Positions 63,862 through 64,000 of a DNA stretch of 64,000 nt are shown here, piece after piece. The notes beneath the pieces were generated by a model that ran no database searches, had not been told where the DNA came from, and saw only the letters and a list, made by a program, of their open reading frames with translations. The stretch's first letter is position 1. Every line of letters starts with the position of its first letter. This DNA comes from an uncultured Pseudomonadales bacterium (GTDB lineage: Bacteria > Patescibacteriota > Microgenomatia > UBA1400 > CAYNFZ01), in NCBI GenBank assembly GCA_964398525.1, contig CAYNMS010000001.1, forward strand, positions 6,569 to 70,568, written 5' to 3'. A program made the translations under genes and the position numbers.

Positions 63862-64000
63862 TTTTCAAAACTTTTTCAATATTTAATCAATCTGTTATCA
63901 AGCTAAAAAAAACTACTCTCATACTTTTTTCAGTCGCTTTCCTTTTCATCTTAGATTAATCCCACCACTCCCCCAACTTTATTTTCGCCAGTTGCCAACA

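Noticed and set aside
60600-64000. Prophage or genomic island at the tRNAs next to the recombinase
   Set aside because: No duplicated tRNA 3' end, no phage genes, and an FtsB-like core gene is adjacent.

Overview
Chromosomal window from a Patescibacteria/CPR bacterium, most likely Microgenomates: the 16S 515F site reads GTGCCAGAAGCCTCGGTAA, the rRNA genes are unlinked, and there is an archaeal-type ATP-dependent ligase and a stand-alone 5'-3' exonuclease. Most genes lie on the G-rich minus strand. It holds 16S, tRNA-Ile(GAU), tRNA-Ala(UGC) and 23S in canonical order but spread over about 20 kb with no 5S, plus an interrupted ruvC-ruvA-ruvB cluster and many housekeeping genes. Best signals: (1) a complete tRNA-Ile(UAU) nested between the 5' and 3' halves of a second tRNA-like gene (62779-62994); (2) a trpR / Trp leader peptide / attenuator / stand-alone trpB / trpS module; (3) many -10 boxes exactly 6 nt upstream of start codons (leaderless mRNAs) together with a non-canonical initiator tRNA; (4) a 7TM + ATP-grasp + two aspartic-protease-domain module; (5) a CstR-like repressor with an operator in its promoter spacer, upstream of trxA-trxB-gdhA; (6) eukaryote/archaea-like enzymes (presenilin/SPP-type protease, fungal-type trehalose phosphorylase, TMTC-like glycosyltransferase). 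All calls come from motif recognition by eye; no database searches or folding programs were run.
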